A stretch of 64,000 nt of DNA from an uncultured Eubacteriales bacterium (GCA_964474295.1 CAYYRN010000004.1:641-64640); one strand, 5' to 3'. Counted from the first letter of the stretch, positions 8,264 to 16,575 are shown. The notes: generated by a model from the sequence alone, not told the origin. Numbers and translations: made by a program.

Positions 8264-9349
8264 ATGAAAAAGCTTAAATTATTTGTATCGGTTTTGCTTG
8301 TAATTTCAATGTTCTTTTCCTGCACACTGTTTGCAAATGCCGCTTCGGCATCGATTTCGGCGTCAACAGGCAAAACGAATGTCAGCTACGGCGATACCGT
8401 CACGGTTTCCGTCAACCTTACCGCTAACCCCGGTATGGCAGGTGTCAATTTTTCTTTGACTTATAATTCATCACAGCTTCAATATCAAAGCAGCTCGGTC
8501 GGTTCTGCCGGTTCAAAATTTTCTTTGGCAAGTGTAAACCCGAACGGTGCTTCGATTAAAGGTGCGTTTATCAATGCCGACGGTTCAATCGTTTCTTCAA
8601 TGGGTACACTCGCAACAGTTACATTTAAGGTTATTACAAGCTCAACCGCTTCATCTTATCTTACTGTCGGTGCCAGCGGTACGGACGGCGATGCCAATAC
8701 CGTTTACGTTTCCGTCAGCGGTGTTACGCTTAATCTTAATTCCTCAACCACAACTACGGCAAAGCCCACAACAACCAAGCCTACAACAACAAAACCCGTC
8801 ACAACAACAAAACCCACTACAACAACAAAGCCCACCACAACGGAGCTTCCAAACGGCGAAACCACAACAAAAATTATCGCCACTGAAACCATCGGTGTTA
8901 AAAAAGGCAATGCATACCAGCTTGCAAAACCCTCCTCTATGTCGGGCAGTGTAACATATTCTTCAAGCCGTACATCGGTTGCGACCGTTTCTTCGTCGGG
9001 TGTCGTAAAAACACTTTCAAAGGGTATGACGACAATTACAGCAATCAGCGAAAACGGAGTGACCAAAACGTGGCTCCTTATTGTAGGTGACGGCTCTACC
9101 GTTGAAACGGACGAAACTACAACCACTTCCGATGAGGAAGAAACAACAACCGAAATTGCCGTTATAGGCAGCGTTACGGAGGAAGAAACAACCGAGGAAG
9201 AAACAACCTCCGAAAGTACTGCGGCGGCAAAAAAAGATTCGGATAAAACCTTCAGACTTATTTTCGGAACAGGTGTTGCGGTTGCAGTGCTTGTTGTGAT
9301 AATCGTTATCGCATCGATGATAAGAAAAAAGAGAAGCTTTATAGGATAA
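8264..9349 (+). CDS. cell-surface protein: signal peptide, cohesin-like module, Thr/Pro linker, Big_2 (Ig-like) domain, acidic Glu/Thr spacer, C-terminal TM anchor
   Basis: Signal peptide MKKLKLFVSVLLVISMFFSCTLFANAASA. Cohesin-like pattern GDTVTVSVNLTANPGMAGVNFSLTYNSSQLQY...GTLATVTFKV. Linker (TTTKP)n. Big_2-like VKKGNAYQL...SVATVSSSGVVKTLSKGMTTITA. Anchor VAVAVLVVIIVIASMIRKKR. The start could also be at 8243 or 8228. Confidence 0.65.
   Translation: MKKLKLFVSVLLVISMFFSCTLFANAASASISASTGKTNVSYGDTVTVSVNLTANPGMAGVNFSLTYNSSQLQYQSSSVGSAGSKFSLASVNPNGASIKGAFINADGSIVSSMGTLATVTFKVITSSTASSYLTVGASGTDGDANTVYVSVSGVTLNLNSSTTTTAKPTTTKPTTTKPVTTTKPTTTTKPTTTELPNGETTTKIIATETIGVKKGNAYQLAKPSSMSGSVTYSSSRTSVATVSSSGVVKTLSKGMTTITAISENGVTKTWLLIVGDGSTVETDETTTTSDEEETTTEIAVIGSVTEEETTEEETTSESTAAAKKDSDKTFRLIFGTGVAVAVLVVIIVIASMIRKKRSFIG
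8744..8842 (+). repeat. imperfect 15-18-nt tandem repeats encoding the (T)nKP linker
   Basis: aagcccacaacaacc / aagcctacaacaaca / aaacccgtcacaacaaca / aaacccactacaacaaca / aagcccaccacaacg. Confidence 0.8.
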
Positions 9350-9358
9350 GTGCCGAAC

Positions 9359-9391
9359 AGAGCGTGCAGTTTGTACGCTCTATTTGCTTTT
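9359..9391 (+). terminator. Rho-independent terminator after the cohesin-module gene
   Basis: Stem AGAGCGT (9359-9365) / ACGCTCT (9375-9381), then ATTTGCTTTT. Confidence 0.6.
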
Positions 9392-9473
9392 AAAGAATAT
9401 TACCGAATTTATGTAAAAAAATAAATAATTTGTGAACAAACAATTATATTTTTTTAATAAAAAGCCCCGTATC

Positions 9474-9503
9474 TTGACAAGGCGTGTCAAAAATTAGTAT
9501 AAT
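9474..9503 (+). promoter_or_regulatory. promoter of the acyltransferase-ligase-ACP operon: TTGACA-18-TATAAT; the -35 is half of the palindrome TTGACAaggcgTGTCAA (9474-9490)
   Basis: -35 at 9474-9479, -10 at 9498-9503. A perfect 6-5-6 inverted repeat spans the -35 and spacer. Confidence 0.6.
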
Positions 9504-9541
9504 ACTTATCGTTTCATAGTAATTTTCTCAGGAGTGATTAT

Positions 9542-10852
9542 GTGAGTAAAAAATACGGAAAGCACGTTAGGGACGGAGCACCCGCAACCGAAAAGTTTGA
9601 TATGGTAAAGCCGCCTTATAAGCAGGCTATGTATTTTATGCCCCTTGTATGGGCATTTTCCGACTTGCAAAAGCACATTCACAGAGCAAAACTTCACAAG
9701 GTAAATATGGAGGGAATCAAACCGCCGTATATCCTTATTTGCAACCATAATGCTTTTTTCGATTTTTATATTATGAGCAGAATGTTGGCACCGGACAGAG
9801 GTTATTTCCCCGCTGCGGTTGATGATTATATCGGCAGGGAATGGGCGCTCAGACATCTCGGTGCTATCCCCAAAAGAAAGTTTACAACAGACCTCAGTGT
9901 TATTCGCAGTTGCAAAAAAGCGATTGCGGACGGTCAGGTTTACGGTATTTATGCCGAAGCGAGATATTCTCACTGCGGTAAAACCGAGGTTATGCCGGAT
10001 TCACTCGGTCAAATGTGCAAATATCAGGGTGTTCCCATTGTAACGCTTAAAATGTCGGGACATCACCTTTACCAGCCTTTTTGGAATTCAAAAAGAAGAT
10101 ATATTAAACCCGTTGAAGCTACAATGACTTGTATTTATAAGCCGGAGGAGCTTAAAGAGGCATCGGCTGATGAAATCAATGCAAAAATCAGAGAACATCT
10201 TCAAAATGACGATTTCAAATGGCAGTATGAAAACAAAATAAGAATACCTTATAAAAACCGTGCAAAAGGTCTTCATAAGGTTCTTTACCAATGCCCGCAC
10301 TGTATGACAGAGTATAAGATGAAATCCGAGGGTGCAAAGGTTTACTGCACACATTGCGGAAAATCGTGGACGCTCGGTGAATACGGCGATATGAAAGCAG
10401 ACGAGGGCGAAACAGAGTTCAAGTTCCCGACCGATTGGTACGATTGGGAGCGTGAACAGGTCAAAAAGGAAGTTCTTGAGGGCAGATACCGTCTTGAATG
10501 TGACTGTGACGTTAACGATTTGCCCAATTCAAAGGGCTTTGTGCATATAGGTCACGGCAAGCTTATACACGATAAGAACGGCTTTAAGGTTGAGGTTACG
10601 AGGGAATATGATAACGAACCTATGAAGATGGAAATTCCCGCCGCAATGCAGTATGCCTGCCATATAGAGTATGATTACCGCTTCGGCAACAGACGTGACT
10701 GTATTGACCTTAACACAATGGAAGACACTTGGTATGTTTTCCCGGAAAACTGCGATTTTTCGGTTACCAAGGTGGCTCTTGCAACAGAAGAAATTTTCAA
10801 TGAAATCGACCGTAAACGAAAAGAAGAAAAGGCTGCACGAAAAAGGGGATAA
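9542..10852 (+). CDS. PlsC-family (lysophospholipid/glycerol-3-phosphate type) acyltransferase with about 230-aa C-terminal extension containing a Zn-ribbon
   Basis: HX4D motif in ILICNHNAFFDFY, with a second block YAEARYS. The C-terminal part carries CPHC...(14)...CTHC. GTG start with AGGAGTG 5 nt upstream. Confidence 0.65.
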   Translation: MSKKYGKHVRDGAPATEKFDMVKPPYKQAMYFMPLVWAFSDLQKHIHRAKLHKVNMEGIKPPYILICNHNAFFDFYIMSRMLAPDRGYFPAAVDDYIGREWALRHLGAIPKRKFTTDLSVIRSCKKAIADGQVYGIYAEARYSHCGKTEVMPDSLGQMCKYQGVPIVTLKMSGHHLYQPFWNSKRRYIKPVEATMTCIYKPEELKEASADEINAKIREHLQNDDFKWQYENKIRIPYKNRAKGLHKVLYQCPHCMTEYKMKSEGAKVYCTHCGKSWTLGEYGDMKADEGETEFKFPTDWYDWEREQVKKEVLEGRYRLECDCDVNDLPNSKGFVHIGHGKLIHDKNGFKVEVTREYDNEPMKMEIPAAMQYACHIEYDYRFGNRRDCIDLNTMEDTWYVFPENCDFSVTKVALATEEIFNEIDRKRKEEKAARKRG

Positions 10853-10861
10853 TGCCCGGCG

Positions 10862-12577
10862 GTGAGGTTTGAACGTGCAAAGAAAAGGTTATTGATAATG
10901 AGAAATAAGAATTATTGTAAGCACGTCGGCATAAAAAAGCATTATCCGCTTTATGAGTCGATTGATGCGAAAATAATAAGTGATATTATAAATTTTTCCG
11001 CAGAAAAACACGGAAAAAACGATGCCTTCATTATCCCCGTAAGGGGTGGCGAAGACGTCGTGAAGACGTATATTCAATTTAAGAATGAAGTTGAGTATGT
11101 AGGAACTTATCTTATTTCAAAAGGACTTAAAAAGGGCGATAAAATAGCAATCCTCGGTGAAAACAGCTATGAGTGGCTGCTTGCTTATTTCGGTATTACA
11201 ACATCCGGGATGGTTGCCGTTCCTCTTGATAAAGATTTGCCTCTTGACGATTTGATTTTTAACGTCAAAAACAGCGAATGTGTCGGTGTTATATATTCAA
11301 AGGTTTATGCTGATATTGCCGAAAAATTTATGGAAAATGATTTGGGATTGAGCTTTTACCTTTGCAAAAGCGAAATGCATGCATTTATAGATGAAGGCAA
11401 AAAGCTTGTTTTGTCGGGTGACAAAAGCTACAAAAACCGTGATGTCAAACCCGATGACCTTGCCGCAATAGTTTACACTTCGGGAACAACGGGCAAAAGC
11501 AAGGGCGTTATGCTCACGCAGCTCAGCATTGCCTCCGATGCGGCTTCGGCTTGCCGTAATTCTCAGGGTGAGGGATGCGGTGTTCTTGCACTTCCGCTCC
11601 ACCACACTTTCGGGTTGGTTGCTAACATACTTGTTCCGATGATTTTCGGTGCAGCGATTTATATGACCACAAGCTTGAGAAATATTCAGGCGGATATGGT
11701 CAAAGTCGGTGCCACCGCAGCTTTTTGCGTGCCGATGATGGCAGAGCTTATATATAAGAAAATTTGGGCAACCGCAAAGGCAAACGGTCAGGAAGAAAAA
11801 CTGAAAACGGGAATTAAAGTTAGCAATATTCTTATGAAATTCGGAATAGATGTAAGAAGAAAGCTCTTTAAAGAGGTTCTCGATAACCTCGGCGGCAGGC
11901 TTGAGCTTATGGTTTGCGGCGGTGCCCCGTTGAGCGAAAAGATAGCTTTTGAGTTAAGCTCAATGGGAATTAACATACTCAACGGTTACGGAATAACGGA
12001 GTGCGCTCCGATTGTTGCCGTTAACAGAAATATGGCTAACCGATACGGCAGTGTAGGACGTGTCCTTGACTGTAACGAAGTGAAAATCAAAAATCCCGAT
12101 GAAAACGGTATAGGCGAAATTTACATCAAGGGTACAAACGTTATGGTAGGGTACTATAATGATGAAGAAGCAACAAAAGAAGCGTTCGACGGCGGCTGGT
12201 TCAAAACAGGAGATTTAGGTTATGTTGATGATGACGGCTTCCTTTTTGTAACGGGCAGACTTAAAAACCTTATAATTCTTTCAAACGGTAAAAATGTTTC
12301 GGCAGAGGAGCTTGAAGAAAAGCTTCTTGACGAGGTTTCGTATATCAGTGAGGTTATTGTTTATGACGAAAACGATAAAATCACAGCGGAGGTTTACCTT
12401 GACGAAGAAGCCGACAGCAATGCAAAAGCAAAAATCAAAAACGATATTAAAGAAATAAACACAAAGCTTCCGTCTTACAAAAAAATCGCAAAGACAAAAA
12501 TTCGTGACGAAGCTTTCCCGAAAACCACGACACTTAAAATAAAAAGAAATTATAAAAAGAATAACGGAGGAAAGTAA
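10862..12577 (+). CDS. AMP-dependent synthetase/ligase (long-chain fatty acyl-CoA/ACP ligase type, ANL superfamily)
   Basis: AMP-binding motif YTSGTTGKSKGVML, then GYGITECAP and TGDLGYVDDDGFLFVTGRLKNLI. The start is uncertain (GTG at 10862 or in-frame ATG at 10898). Confidence 0.8.
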   Translation: MRFERAKKRLLIMRNKNYCKHVGIKKHYPLYESIDAKIISDIINFSAEKHGKNDAFIIPVRGGEDVVKTYIQFKNEVEYVGTYLISKGLKKGDKIAILGENSYEWLLAYFGITTSGMVAVPLDKDLPLDDLIFNVKNSECVGVIYSKVYADIAEKFMENDLGLSFYLCKSEMHAFIDEGKKLVLSGDKSYKNRDVKPDDLAAIVYTSGTTGKSKGVMLTQLSIASDAASACRNSQGEGCGVLALPLHHTFGLVANILVPMIFGAAIYMTTSLRNIQADMVKVGATAAFCVPMMAELIYKKIWATAKANGQEEKLKTGIKVSNILMKFGIDVRRKLFKEVLDNLGGRLELMVCGGAPLSEKIAFELSSMGINILNGYGITECAPIVAVNRNMANRYGSVGRVLDCNEVKIKNPDENGIGEIYIKGTNVMVGYYNDEEATKEAFDGGWFKTGDLGYVDDDGFLFVTGRLKNLIILSNGKNVSAEELEEKLLDEVSYISEVIVYDENDKITAEVYLDEEADSNAKAKIKNDIKEINTKLPSYKKIAKTKIRDEAFPKTTTLKIKRNYKKNNGGK

Positions 12578-12578
12578 A

Positions 12579-12818
12579 ATGCAGGAAAAAATGATTGAAG
12601 AACTTAAAGAAATTATCGAGGAATATACGGACGAACCTCTTCCCGAAATTTCAATGGAAACGGCACTTACGGCAGATTTCGGCTTAAACTCGTTTGAGCT
12701 TTTTGAAATTATCTGCAAAATCGAAGAAAAATACAGTGTCACAATTCCCGACAGAGTGCTTATGTCTTTCTCGACAGTCGGTGATGTTGTGTCTTACCTT
12801 ATGGAAGCCACAAAATAA
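12579..12818 (+). CDS. acyl carrier protein (stand-alone, phosphopantetheine-binding)
   Basis: 79 aa and acidic. The attachment-site context is DFGLNSFELFEI (the Ser of the DSL-type motif). The start lies 1 nt after the ligase stop. Confidence 0.7.
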   Translation: MQEKMIEELKEIIEEYTDEPLPEISMETALTADFGLNSFELFEIICKIEEKYSVTIPDRVLMSFSTVGDVVSYLMEATK

Positions 12819-12865
12819 TTCACGAAAATTTACATCGGCTAAGAAGTATGCCGACGTCATAATTT

Positions 12866-12906
12866 AAAAAGGAGTTTTTCGGTATGAAATCGAAAAACTC
12901 CTTTTT
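12866..12906. terminator. bidirectional terminator between the ACP gene (+) and comM (-)
   Basis: Stem GGAGTTTTTCG (12871-12881) / CGAAAAACTCC (12891-12901), flanked by AAAAA and TTTTT. Confidence 0.85.
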
Positions 12907-12916
12907 ATGTTTAATG

Positions 12917-14443
12917 TTAATTTCCCCAAAATTTTCTGTCCAGACTTCTGTATTGCACGGCTTCCGCAATATGCTCCTCTTCAATAATATCGCTGTTTTC
13001 AAGGTCTGCGATTGTTCTTGCAACCCTCAAAATTCTGTCATATGCCCTTGCGGAAAGAGCAAGGCGGTCAAAGACAATTTTAAGCATATCCTTTGCTTCG
13101 TCCGTCAAACGGCAAAACTCTCTTGTTTGCGAAGCTGTCATATGTGCGTTGCAGGTTATACCCGTTCCCTGCAAGCGCTTTAGCTGAATGTTTCGTGCCG
13201 CATCAACTCTTTTCTTTATTTCTGCGGATTTTTCGCCCTTTTCCGAATCGGAAAGGTTTTCAAAATCAACGGGAGGAACCTCAATGTGAATATCAACTCT
13301 GTCAAGAAGCGGCCCCGAAACCTTGTTCAAATATTTTTGTGCGCTGCCTTTGGGACAGGTACATTCCCGTGTGGGATGTCCGTAGTATCCGCACGGACAC
13401 GGGTTCATAGCGCATACGAGCATAACGGAACAGGGATACGTAACCGTTGCCTGTGCCCTCGAAATCGAAATTTGTCCGTCTTCAATGGGCTGACGCATAA
13501 TTTCCATAGCAGTGCGTGAAAATTCGGGAAGCTCATCAAGGAACAAAACTCCGTTGTGAGCCAAAGAAATTTCACCCGGCTTAGGTATTGCACCGCCTCC
13601 CGAAAGACCAACCGGCGAAACCGTATGGTGGGGCGAGCGAAAAGGTCTTGTTGTGATAAGCGGAGTGTTTTTCGGGAGCTTGCCCGAAACGGAATATATT
13701 TTAGTGGTTTCCAGTGATTCTTCAAAGGTCATATCGGGCAAAATCGTGGGGAGCCTTTTGGCAAGCATACTTTTTCCCGAACCGGGAGGGCCTATAAGTA
13801 AAATATTGTGTCCGCCCGCCGCCGCTATTTCCATTGCACGTTTTGCTTCAAACTGTCCCTTGACGTCCGAAAAATCAAGCAGTGAATCATTTTCCGTCAG
13901 AGGTGTCGGCTCATAAAGTGCCGGTTCTATTTGTGTTTCGCCCTCTAAAAACGATATTATTTCACGAACGTTTTTTACGGGAAAAACGTTTATTCCCGAC
14001 ACGACCGAACATTCATAAGCGTTTTCCGAAGGCACAAAAACATCCGTAATACCGTTTTTCAGTGCCTCGATAACCATTGGCAAAGCGCCGTTTATTTTGC
14101 GTACCTCTCCACCGAGGGAAAGCTCTCCTATAAAAGCCGATGTTCGACTTATCGGGCTTATCTGACGTGTTGCCGCAAGAACCGCTATCAGCATAGGCAG
14201 GTCATAAACAGTGCCTTCTTTTTTCGTGTCTGCGGGAGCGAGGTTTACGGTTATTCTGCTTACAGGAAAGTTAAAACCGCTGTTCTTTATTGCCGAACGC
14301 ACACGCTCTCTTGCTTCGCTTACCGAAGTGTTCGGAAGTCCCACGATGTCAAAGTGCGGCAGACCGCCTCCGACATCGATTTCGACATTCACCATATAGC
14401 TGTGCATACCGAAAAGTCCCATACTTTTGATGCTTGTAAACAT
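12917..14443 (-). CDS. comM: YifB/ComM family Mg-chelatase-like AAA+ ATPase
   Basis: 508 aa. N-terminus GMHSYMVNVEIDVGGGLPHFDIVGLP, Walker A GPPGSGKSMLA, FLDELPEF, and the Cys-rich insert NPCPCGYYGHPTRECTCP. Confidence 0.85.
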   Translation of the reverse strand: MFTSIKSMGLFGMHSYMVNVEIDVGGGLPHFDIVGLPNTSVSEARERVRSAIKNSGFNFPVSRITVNLAPADTKKEGTVYDLPMLIAVLAATRQISPISRTSAFIGELSLGGEVRKINGALPMVIEALKNGITDVFVPSENAYECSVVSGINVFPVKNVREIISFLEGETQIEPALYEPTPLTENDSLLDFSDVKGQFEAKRAMEIAAAGGHNILLIGPPGSGKSMLAKRLPTILPDMTFEESLETTKIYSVSGKLPKNTPLITTRPFRSPHHTVSPVGLSGGGAIPKPGEISLAHNGVLFLDELPEFSRTAMEIMRQPIEDGQISISRAQATVTYPCSVMLVCAMNPCPCGYYGHPTRECTCPKGSAQKYLNKVSGPLLDRVDIHIEVPPVDFENLSDSEKGEKSAEIKKRVDAARNIQLKRLQGTGITCNAHMTASQTREFCRLTDEAKDMLKIVFDRLALSARAYDRILRVARTIADLENSDIIEEEHIAEAVQYRSLDRKFWGN

Positions 14444-14459
14444 AAATTATCTCCCGTGA

Positions 14460-15341
14460 TTACTGAGCAATGTAAGTGAAAGTACCCTCACACGAATCGT
14501 TTATGACGGTTTTGTCGCCGTTTGTGAAAAATCCTTTTGAAACAACATATTTATAATCGACACCTGAATGTAAATCTTCTTCTTTAACTTCACTCTTTAT
14601 CATAACCGATCCCGAATCCACATTGCAGATAACATTTTTGTCTGTGTTGACAAACCTTATTGTTGTAGACTTATCCGTTTTGAACGAAAATCCCGCAAAT
14701 GTTTTAAAGTTTGCAAATGAAATTTCATCATACTCCGTCACACCGTCGATGCTTGCGGTGAAAATGAAATAATGTTTTCCGTTTTCCTCGACAATTTCCG
14801 CTTTTTCGTCAAACGGCACAACAATCTTTGCATTGAGGTAAGGCTCGTCTGTTGATTCAAGCTTTCCGTTATCATCCGTACCTACGGTAAAGTCGGAGTT
14901 TATTTCACCGTTGACGTAATTCTTTTTCTTTAATTCAACAGAACCTTCTTTAAGTACGGCGTGATATGTTTTGCCGGATTCCAATTTATCTTCAAGCTTT
15001 ACCGTCAAAGTCAGAGTTCCGTTACTTATCGAGTCGTTTTTGTTTGATTTGTATTCCGATGATGTGATTTTTCCGCCGATTTCGTTTTCTTTTCCGTTTT
15101 CACTGCAAGTGATTGCAAAACCGCTGTCATCTTTTATGTTAAAAACGGTTTTTGAATTCATATACGGGCAGTTGTATGAAAATTCGATTGTTGTGTCATC
15201 GATAATATTCACAATCGCTGTGTCAGCGAAAACCGATTCCGTCGGTTCATCTTTTAATGCAAAGTAAATGCCGAATGAAACACCGGCAACAACAACCAGC
15301 GAAATTACCGCAGCCAAAATTATTTTAACTTTTTTGCTCAT
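14460..15341 (-). CDS. hypothetical membrane-anchored extracytoplasmic protein (probable beta-sandwich repeats)
   Basis: N-terminal signal-anchor KIILAAVISLVVVAGVSFGIYFAL. The rest is Ser/Thr/Asn/Lys-rich and beta-strand-like. No recognisable catalytic motif. Lies between the Fur-family gene and comM with 16-nt gaps. Confidence 0.4.
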   Translation of the reverse strand: MSKKVKIILAAVISLVVVAGVSFGIYFALKDEPTESVFADTAIVNIIDDTTIEFSYNCPYMNSKTVFNIKDDSGFAITCSENGKENEIGGKITSSEYKSNKNDSISNGTLTLTVKLEDKLESGKTYHAVLKEGSVELKKKNYVNGEINSDFTVGTDDNGKLESTDEPYLNAKIVVPFDEKAEIVEENGKHYFIFTASIDGVTEYDEISFANFKTFAGFSFKTDKSTTIRFVNTDKNVICNVDSGSVMIKSEVKEEDLHSGVDYKYVVSKGFFTNGDKTVINDSCEGTFTYIAQ

Positions 15342-15357
15342 ATTAATGCTCCTTTAA

Positions 15358-15780
15358 TTAAACTTCTTTTTTATAACAGCTTTCGCAAAGACCGTAAAAA
15401 ACGCACTTTGCGCCGTTAAGATGAAAATTATGATGTTCAAGAATATGTTCGGATAAGCGGTCTACCGTTTCACACTCCATATGTATAAGCTTTCCGCATT
15501 TTTCGCATTTCAGGTGATAATGGTTGGAACATGCTTTTCCCGAATGAAGATACTGATAGCAGACACTTCGTTCGCCGTCAACCGTGTATTTTTTCACAAC
15601 ACCTTCTCCGGCGAGCTTTTCAAGATATCTGTAAACCGTGGATTTGCCGACAGATGTAGAATTTTTTGCCAGAAGCTCCGTGACATCTTCGACAGTCAGA
15701 TGTCGGTTTCCGAATTTTTCGAGTATATTCAAAATCAGGTCTCTTTGACGTGTTTTGTAACCTGACGATTTGTTTTCCAT
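15358..15780 (-). CDS. Fur-family metalloregulator (Fur/Zur/PerR subtype not resolved)
   Basis: Winged-helix part TRQRDLILNIL...STVYRYLEKL. Metal sites HYHLKCEKCG, HILEHHNF and GLCESC. The ATG at 15780 (GGTGA upstream) is preferred to the track TTG at 15795. Confidence 0.8.
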   Translation of the reverse strand: MENKSSGYKTRQRDLILNILEKFGNRHLTVEDVTELLAKNSTSVGKSTVYRYLEKLAGEGVVKKYTVDGERSVCYQYLHSGKACSNHYHLKCEKCGKLIHMECETVDRLSEHILEHHNFHLNGAKCVFYGLCESCYKKEV

Positions 15781-15803
15781 AGATTTCACCGCCAATCATT
15801 TTC

Positions 15804-15832
15804 ATTTTACTCTGTTTGCACTTAAAAGTCAA
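15804..15832 (-). promoter_or_regulatory. promoter of the Fur-family operon: TTGACT-17-TAAAAT (minus strand)
   Basis: -35 at 15832-15827, -10 at 15809-15804. Confidence 0.5.
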
Positions 15833-15864
15833 GAAAAGCAAGTTTTAAAGATATAATTTGTTTC

Positions 15865-15876
15865 AATAATATTATT
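15865..15876. promoter_or_regulatory. AT-rich perfect palindrome AATAATATTATT (Fur-box-like hexamers) in the fur/sigma divergent region
   Basis: Seen directly. It resembles GATAAT-type Fur hexamers but not the 7-1-7 consensus, and it lies about 35 nt upstream of the predicted fur -35. Confidence 0.25.
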
Positions 15877-15953
15877 TTAAGTCAAATTTAGCATTATTCT
15901 ACAAAAATATACAAATATTGTTAAAATTTTTAAACTTATTTATTAAAAAATTA

Positions 15954-15982
15954 TTGACAAACACTTTGAAATGTATTAATAT
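15954..15982 (+). promoter_or_regulatory. promoter of the sigma-factor gene: TTGACA-17-TAATAT
   Basis: -35 at 15954-15959, -10 at 15977-15982. Confidence 0.5.
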
Positions 15983-16011
15983 AAACTTTGTAAATGGTAA
16001 GAGGTGGATAA

Positions 16012-16575
16012 ATGGAAGATAAAAATTACCATAATATGTCTGATGAAGAATTGGCATCGTTTTGCAGAAATTATGACAGCACCGCACTTGAAATACTTAT
16101 TAAAAGGATGGAAAGTGTTACGGCAAGCTGTGTCAGGGGTTTTTCAGATAACCGCTTTGAACATGATGACCTTATGCAGGAGGCTCTTTTTGCCTGCTGC
16201 CGTGCCGTTATAAGCTATGATTCTTCAAAAGGCGCCTCGCTCAAAACATTTGTATCGGTGTGTATAAACAACGCATTGAAAAATTTTGTAAAGAAAAAAA
16301 ACAACGTTTTCCTGTCGGCAGATGCGGATTTTGTTCCGCTTAATGACGAAACGGTCGGCAGCGTGACGACTGAAGATGAATATATTTCTTCGGAAAATTA
16401 TTTGAATTTAAGAAAAAGCCTGAGGGAAATTCTTTCGGAAACGGAATACAAGGTCTTTTGCTTCTTTGTCGAAGGCTTGAGTTATTCCGAAATTGCCGAA
16501 AAAACAGGTCAAAGCACAAAGGCTGTTGACAATGCCTTGCAGCGGATAAGAAAAAAGCTGAAATCAATTTTGTAA
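16012..16575 (+). CDS. sigma-70 family RNA polymerase sigma factor (regions 2 and 4 only, ECF/SigH-like size)
   Basis: Region 2 is HDDLMQEALFACCRAVISYD...FVSVCINNALKNFVKK. Region 4 HTH is GLSYSEIAEKTGQSTKAVDNALQRIRKKL. RBS AGAGGTGG. Confidence 0.75.
   Translation: MEDKNYHNMSDEELASFCRNYDSTALEILIKRMESVTASCVRGFSDNRFEHDDLMQEALFACCRAVISYDSSKGASLKTFVSVCINNALKNFVKKKNNVFLSADADFVPLNDETVGSVTTEDEYISSENYLNLRKSLREILSETEYKVFCFFVEGLSYSEIAEKTGQSTKAVDNALQRIRKKLKSIL

Noticed and set aside
8547-9126. ORFs 8547-8954 (+) and 8704-9126 (-) rich in Pro/Gln or Val/Gly.
   Set aside because: These are alternative readings of the repetitive ACA/ACC/AAA-CCC linker DNA of the cohesin-module gene. They are low-complexity artefacts.
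13966-13990. 9-bp inverted repeat AACGTTTTT-tacggg-AAAAACGTT.
   Set aside because: It lies inside the comM coding sequence with no flanking signals. It is most simply a coding coincidence.
15796-16011. Small ORFs (for example 15899-16087 on the minus strand) and possible sRNA in the AT-rich fur/sigma divergent spacer.
   Set aside because: The region is fully accounted for by two divergent promoters. The ORF has no RBS and is AT-rich low-complexity sequence. No terminator-like hairpin defines an sRNA.
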